This document shows, piece after piece, positions 59,336 to 64,000 of a DNA stretch of 64,000 bases. Origin of the DNA: a virus. The first letter of the stretch is position 1; every line of letters begins with the position of its first letter. The translations under genes were made by a program, and so were the position numbers. The notes under the pieces were generated by a model, which saw only the letters and a list, made by a program, of their open reading frames with translations, searched no databases and was not told the origin of the DNA. The DNA lies in the IMG/VR virus record IMGVR_UViG_3300021579_000001, positions 2,404 through 66,403 of that record. The stretch is one strand, 5' to 3'.

Positions 59336-60814
59336 TTACTTGCTTTCTAATGCAGTAATTCGAGCTTCAAGAGCCGAGATTTGCTCAGCTTGTTTTCTAA
59401 CGACTAACTGCAAAGCCGATACATAGAACTCGTAGTTTACTGTTTCTGGCAAGTTTTCAGCATCATAAGAAACAAACCCATGAAGACCTGCATCATGAAC
59501 ATCCTCTGCGATAAAACCAGCATGCTTTGGGGCAGTGTCTGCCTCTTCGTTATAGTGGTACTGAACTGGCGCTACTGACAACACTTGCTCAGCTGTGTAC
59601 CCAAGTGGTTCAATGTTTTTCTTGAATCTACGGCTAGAAGCTACGTAGCCTAAGCTATCAGGAGCAGTTGAGGAAGTTACATAAACTGAGCGGTAAGACG
59701 TCGTAAGCACATTGGTGTATACGTTAGCCGCAAAGACATTCCCTGATGAGTTAGTTCCCAGAATTGCCGTACCGTTGTACCAAAAACCAGCAGAGCTAGA
59801 GGATACTTTAGCTTGATACGAGGTACTTGCTCCGATGTTTGTTGAGTTACCTGATGTAGCATTGATGCTAAAGGTATACGTTGACGCTGTACCTATTTCG
59901 TTAGCGTCAATAATGACACCTGTGCTGGCACCGTTATTAAATCTTGTAACTCCAGCAAAGGACTGAGATGCGTTTAGTTTGGCATATGCGGTATCAGTAA
60001 AGCTAAGAGTACCTGCGCTAAGAACAAGCGGGGCGCTAGCTGATACCACACCTGTTGCGCCTGTTGCACCTGTAGTTCCCTGAGGTCCAAGAGGGCCTTG
60101 TGCACCAGTAAGCCCAATGCTTCCAGCCGCACCTTGAGCACCAGTTGCACCTTGAGCACCAGCTCCAGTTGCTCCTTGGATACCTTGAGTTCCCTGAGCT
60201 CCGACTCCAGCTGCACCTTGCGCACCTGTTGCACCTTGTGCTCCTGAACCAGTCGTACCTTGTGCACCAGTTGCTCCTTGGGTAGCAATACCCAATCCTC
60301 CCTGAATGCCCTGTGAACCCTGGCCACCTTGGATACCTTGGATACCTTGAGCTTGAGCAAACCCAAATCCTTGAACTCCTTGGGTTCCCTGTGCACCCTG
60401 GGCAGCTGCAGTTCCAGCGACACCCTGTGCTCCAGTAGACCCTTGAATTCCAGTAGAACCAGTAGTTCCAGTAGAACCTTGAGCACCAGTTGCTCCTTGA
60501 GCACCAGTAGTTCCTTGAGCCTGAGCAAAGCCAAATCCTTGAACACCTTGAGTTCCCTGGGCTCCAGTGGCACCTTGTGTTCCAGTGGTTCCTTGAGTTC
60601 CCTGAGGACCCTGTAGTCCTTGCAGACCCTGTATTCCTTGGATACCTTGAGCAGATTGGTACGGCAAAGCTGCCCAAAGGCTAGAGCCATTACCGATTTT
60701 AAACTTTAAAGTGTCTGTTTCAAAACCTAGTTCACCAGCTGCTAGCTGGGGGTTAGCTGTGGTCCAGTTGGCCGCAGTGTCTCTGCGGTGCTTAATGACT
60801 GATTGCGCGGGCAT
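59336..60814 (-). CDS. Collagen-like fibre with MTD-N-type N-terminal domain and C-terminal S74 intramolecular chaperone
   Basis: RRDTAANW...L-x-x-GE-x-GFETDT-x-x-FKIG-x-G; long G-X-Q/T run; SSRRFKKNI. Confidence 0.9.
   Translation of the reverse strand: MPAQSVIKHRRDTAANWTTANPQLAAGELGFETDTLKFKIGNGSSLWAALPYQSAQGIQGIQGLQGLQGPQGTQGTTGTQGATGAQGTQGVQGFGFAQAQGTTGAQGATGAQGSTGTTGSTGIQGSTGAQGVAGTAAAQGAQGTQGVQGFGFAQAQGIQGIQGGQGSQGIQGGLGIATQGATGAQGTTGSGAQGATGAQGAAGVGAQGTQGIQGATGAGAQGATGAQGAAGSIGLTGAQGPLGPQGTTGATGATGVVSASAPLVLSAGTLSFTDTAYAKLNASQSFAGVTRFNNGASTGVIIDANEIGTASTYTFSINATSGNSTNIGASTSYQAKVSSSSAGFWYNGTAILGTNSSGNVFAANVYTNVLTTSYRSVYVTSSTAPDSLGYVASSRRFKKNIEPLGYTAEQVLSVAPVQYHYNEEADTAPKHAGFIAEDVHDAGLHGFVSYDAENLPETVNYEFYVSALQLVVRKQAEQISALEARITALESK
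60030..60660 (-). repeat. Gly-X-Y codon repeats with duplicated FGFAQAQ interruption
   Basis: ccttgagc/accttg-type 9-nt periodicity; near-duplicate ~50-bp blocks at ~60341-60390 and ~60511-60560. Confidence 0.85.
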
Positions 60815-60880
60815 AAAACCTCCATAAGTCTTCCATACTATTGTGGCGTATTACTAGTCGCATTACTTGCTAAGTAGAAA

Positions 60881-60908
60881 GTACCGCCCTCCAAGTGGAG
60901 GGCGGTAC
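60881..60908. terminator. GC-rich inverted repeat in divergent intergenic region
   Basis: GTACCGCCCTCCA-AG-TGGAGGGCGGTAC. Confidence 0.55.
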
Positions 60909-60965
60909 CGTACCTTGTCGGGTATTTTGTTCCTACCTGCACTGCGAGGTAAGTCTTTTGGGAGC

Positions 60966-60994
60966 TTGTCAGCTATCATTGCCTTAGCTATAAT
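60966..60994 (+). promoter_or_regulatory. Near-consensus sigma70/SigA promoter giving a leaderless mRNA
   Basis: TTGTCA-N17-TATAAT, then 6 nt, then ATG 61001; no SD. Confidence 0.8.
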
Positions 60995-61000
60995 TGTACA

Positions 61001-62014
61001 ATGAACAACTTAGTGCAAACAGCTGTAAGTCTTGGTGGCAGACTAGCTCCAATCGTAATTCCTAATGGATTGACTTCTGGAACAGGATTGATGAACCCAT
61101 CCGTGTTCGTAACCAATGACGGCAAGATTTTAGTTAATCTACGACATGTAAACTATACCCTGTATCACTCAGAAAATACTCAAAAGTTTCCAAGCAGGTG
61201 GGGACCATTAGCGTACCTTCACCCAGAACAAGACCTTACTTTGCGAACCATTAACTACCTAGTTGAACTATCGCCTTCCTTTGAGGTTAAGAACTACTCG
61301 CAAATTGACACCTCTAAGCTCGATAAGCCTCCTATTTGGGAGTTTGCAGGGGAAGAAGACTGCAGGCTAATTGAGTGGGACAATGACCTATACATTATTG
61401 GTGTTCGTAGGGATACCACTGACAATGGTCAAGGCCGTATGGAGTTGAGCAAGCTAAACGTTACTGACGACTTTGTAGTAACCGAAGTGTCTCGAGAACG
61501 CATCCCTGCTCCAGGAGACGACTCCTCATACTGCGAGAAAAACTGGATGCCTATTCTTGACGCTCCTTTCCGCTTTGTGAAGTGGACTTCTCCCACAGAG
61601 GTAGTTGAGGCAAAAGTTATCAGCGAGGGTGCAGTTGAGTGCCATCAAGTATCTCTGCAGCATGGCGTCACCACTAACGTGGACCAACGAGGCGGCTCGC
61701 ACGTAGTCCCATGGGGGGACTATTACATTGCGCTTACTCATGAGGTAAACCTGTTTAATAACTACCTTGGTCAAAAAGACGGGGTGTATCGACACAGGCT
61801 AGCCGTATGGAACAGAGAGTTTGTGTTGGTTGGGCTAACCCCAACACCGTTTAGTTTCCTAGAAGCGGAAATCGAGTTTGCATGTGGCGCAGCCAAGTTC
61901 GGAGAAGACCTTTTAGTCACTTTTGGGTTCCAAGATAACGCTGCGTACATCCTTCAACTTCCAAATGAACTAGTTGAAACCATGATTGAGGAAGCCCTTT
62001 CGTATGGTAAATAA
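61001..62014 (+). CDS. Five-bladed beta-propeller glycoside hydrolase/phosphorylase-like protein (GH130/DUF377-like)
   Basis: NPS, EDxR (GEEDCR), EKNW-x-P, RGGS, Y-x-HR, IEF-x-x-G...V-x-FG-x-x-D. Confidence 0.75.
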   Translation: MNNLVQTAVSLGGRLAPIVIPNGLTSGTGLMNPSVFVTNDGKILVNLRHVNYTLYHSENTQKFPSRWGPLAYLHPEQDLTLRTINYLVELSPSFEVKNYSQIDTSKLDKPPIWEFAGEEDCRLIEWDNDLYIIGVRRDTTDNGQGRMELSKLNVTDDFVVTEVSRERIPAPGDDSSYCEKNWMPILDAPFRFVKWTSPTEVVEAKVISEGAVECHQVSLQHGVTTNVDQRGGSHVVPWGDYYIALTHEVNLFNNYLGQKDGVYRHRLAVWNREFVLVGLTPTPFSFLEAEIEFACGAAKFGEDLLVTFGFQDNAAYILQLPNELVETMIEEALSYGK

Positions 62015-63284
62015 CATCAACCAACTTATAGTTGACTTATCAACAGACTCTCTGAGCCCACAAAAGAACCTGGTTTTGGGTATTGAGTACGAGAACTTGG
62101 GGCAACTGGCATCTGCTATCTCCTTTTACCTTCGAGCAGCAGAGTACGGGTACCACTCAGAACCTTTAGTGGTCTATAGCGCCCTACTCAGGGCTTCTAC
62201 CTGTTTTGAGAAACAGCAACATAGAGCACACACCGTTAGCAACTTGCGACTTCAGGCTATGGCGTATCTTCCCACTCGACCTGAGGCGTATTTCCACATG
62301 TCTAAGTTTTACGAGCAGCAAGCTGATTGGCAAGAATCGTACAGCTTTGCAATAGTAGGTAAAAACTTTTCCCTAGAGGCTACCCCGCTACCTGTGTTTG
62401 TAGACTACCACGGGGAGTTCTGTTTAGACTTTCAGCAAGCAGTAGCCGCGTGGTGGATTGGGCGTGAAGAAGAATCCCTTCAACTTTTGAACTATCTATC
62501 TACTCTAGACCTTCCAGAAGTGTACCGAGTTGCGGTAGACAGCAACCTGGCTAAGCTACAGACAAAGAAGCCTTTGCATGAAGAGCTCGCTGAACGGTCA
62601 AGTACTTTCCGAGGCTTGCTAAAAACCAAAGTGTGCAAAGATGCAAACTACATTCGCATGGGCAGCCAACATGACGGAGGGTACATTTACGTCAACGATT
62701 TCTCTAAATCTGACTACGTGCTTTCTTTTGGTGTGGATAAGAACGTTGACTGGGAGCTTGATGCCAGTAAGTTTGGTTGCCACATTGACATGTACGATTA
62801 TTCGGTAGATGGTCCACCAGTAGAAGTTCCGAACTCCAAGTTCTACAAAAAAATGATTGGACCAGAGTTTGAGCAAGTAAGCCTAGAACAGGCAGCGTCT
62901 AAGTCCAAAAAAGACCTAATCCTAAAAATGGACATTGAAGGTAGCGAGTGGGCAGTTCTTGCTCAAGCGTCTACCGAAGTCCTCAGCAAATTCCGACAAA
63001 TAAACATTGAGTTTCACGACGCTTACATGCTAGAAAATGAGCTGTTTTACTCTACAGCCATTTCAGCACTAGAAAATCTACGAAAAACCCATACCCCAGT
63101 ACTAGTGCACGCAAATAACAACATCCCACTTATGGTTATCGGTAGCGCCCCATTGCCACCAGTATTCGAAGTGCTGTTTCTGCGTAACTCTAGTTATGAG
63201 CTTGAAGAGCCAGTTGACCAGTTTGCAGGGCTATTGACTCGAAACGACACTACTATTCCTGAAGTTTCTTTGTCGTTCCCTTAA
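62004..63284 (+). CDS. TPR-repeat domain fused to FkbM-like/Methyltransf_22 SAM-dependent methyltransferase
   Basis: P-x-RPEAY TPR helices; R-x-G-x-x-x-DGG, LSFGV, YD, LKMDIEG-x-EW, QI-x-IEFH; start moved to 62004 behind GAGGA. Confidence 0.8.
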   Translation: MVNNINQLIVDLSTDSLSPQKNLVLGIEYENLGQLASAISFYLRAAEYGYHSEPLVVYSALLRASTCFEKQQHRAHTVSNLRLQAMAYLPTRPEAYFHMSKFYEQQADWQESYSFAIVGKNFSLEATPLPVFVDYHGEFCLDFQQAVAAWWIGREEESLQLLNYLSTLDLPEVYRVAVDSNLAKLQTKKPLHEELAERSSTFRGLLKTKVCKDANYIRMGSQHDGGYIYVNDFSKSDYVLSFGVDKNVDWELDASKFGCHIDMYDYSVDGPPVEVPNSKFYKKMIGPEFEQVSLEQAASKSKKDLILKMDIEGSEWAVLAQASTEVLSKFRQINIEFHDAYMLENELFYSTAISALENLRKTHTPVLVHANNNIPLMVIGSAPLPPVFEVLFLRNSSYELEEPVDQFAGLLTRNDTTIPEVSLSFP

Positions 63285-63287
63285 CTA

Positions 63288-64000
63288 CTATGCCCAACCA
63301 CCCACAGATACTGCCGAGGCATTTCCTATCTGTGTCAGAGTCATGTAGTTACCTGCGTCTAAGGTTACAGTTCCACCAGTTAAAGTAGCTGCAAATTGGT
63401 ACGAAGGGGCGATAGTTCCACCGCTGCTAATAGTTACCATTCCCTTTCCCATAACGATGTAGGTTCTTGGGTTAGCGGCAGATGTCGGAGAAACAGCGAT
63501 TGAAGTTGCGGTTCCTGTTGAGGTGTACCAGTATTGACTTGATGCACCACCTACGGAGTTTGCTCCAGTGCCAAAAAAGGTAAAATTTCCAGCCAGGTTT
63601 CCCGCTCCTTGAATGTTAAAGTTCAATACAGAACCAACGGTAGAGCCTGATACCGCTACTTTGAAATAAATTTCATAAAGGTAAGTTCCAGCCTGAAGAG
63701 AGATAGTATCACGAGCTGCTGGGAATATCGCATAGTTGGTGTTTAGGGTAATGCCTGAAGTACCCACTCCTGAGGTTATGGAAAGAGCAGGAATTACCGA
63801 GCGTCCTTGACCACCAGAATCTCCCGTGGCGTAGAACACGGGGTTTTGATACTCTATCACACCGTTAGTTGGGATAGTCATCAAGCTTGCTTGGGTAGTA
63901 AACTTTATCGGGGCTAATGTAGTGGAACCAGTAGCCAATACCAACCCAGAACTCAGGGTTCCTCCAGAGAACGTTGCTCCAGAAATTCCTTGAATGCCTT
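63288..64000 (-). CDS. Second collagen-like fibre protein, 5'-truncated by window
   Basis: Frame open to right edge reading GIQGISGAT...; beta-rich C-terminal domain. Confidence 0.75.
   Translation of the reverse strand, partial: GIQGISGATFSGGTLSSGLVLATGSTTLAPIKFTTQASLMTIPTNGVIEYQNPVFYATGDSGGQGRSVIPALSITSGVGTSGITLNTNYAIFPAARDTISLQAGTYLYEIYFKVAVSGSTVGSVLNFNIQGAGNLAGNFTFFGTGANSVGGASSQYWYTSTGTATSIAVSPTSAANPRTYIVMGKGMVTISSGGTIAPSYQFAATLTGGTVTLDAGNYMTLTQIGNASAVSVGGWA

Noticed and set aside
59974-60690. Long alternative-frame ORFs (59974-60690, 60036-60677, 60329-60616)
   Set aside because: Shadows of the stop-poor Gly-X-Y codon repeats of the collagen gene; no RBS, and their composition is dictated by the repeat
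60863-60979. 38-aa minus-strand ORF MIADKLPK...
   Set aside because: Overlaps the plus-strand promoter and a hairpin, has no SD, and is probably incidental
1-64000. tRNA, rRNA, integrase, reverse transcriptase/DGR, alternative genetic code
   Set aside because: No cloverleaf or T-loop signatures or such motifs noticed by eye; conserved genes are uninterrupted under code 11. tRNAscan-SE was not run

Overview
This is a 64-kb internal segment of a large, probably lytic, contractile-tailed (myovirus-type) dsDNA phage genome. The host is inferred to be an actinobacterium, from two WhiB genes, a ClgR-like regulator, an actinobacterial-type SSB, HrdB/SigA-like promoters and leaderless mRNAs. Layout: (i) 1-11068 (+): amidoligase (truncated at the window edge) and class-II glutamine amidotransferase, SSB, a dense array of about 35 tiny accessory genes joined by stereotyped RBS/stop/start junctions, then ClgR-like HTH, HicA-like and WhiB genes. 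(ii) 11124-41585 (-): class II RNR; an unusual operon (Zn-binding proteins, nucleotidyltransferase, degenerate HAD, degenerate TGT/DpdA-like protein); a block of low-complexity, probably virion-internal proteins; SpoVS; and a full recombination/replication module (RuvC, dNMP kinase, Cas4-like exonuclease, WhiB, Hjc-like resolvase, RecA, PolA, gp32-like SSB, SNF2 helicase, primase, DnaB, DnaC-like loader) next to a palindrome-rich AT-rich candidate origin. (iii) 41595-60814 (-): baseplate, tape measure with M23 peptidase, chaperones, tube, sheath, neck, a cluster of tiny Lys-rich proteins and a collagen-like fibre. (iv) 61001-63284 (+): an inverted two-gene cassette (GH130-like beta-propeller plus TPR-methyltransferase) with its own near-consensus promoter, followed by a second collagen-like gene running off the right edge. 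I saw no tRNA, rRNA, CRISPR array, integrase or intein. The best candidates for undescribed biology are the TGT-like/HAD/NTase operon, the inverted glycan-modification cassette between collagen fibres, and the junction-delimited early microgene array. All family calls come from motif recognition by eye; no database searches were run.
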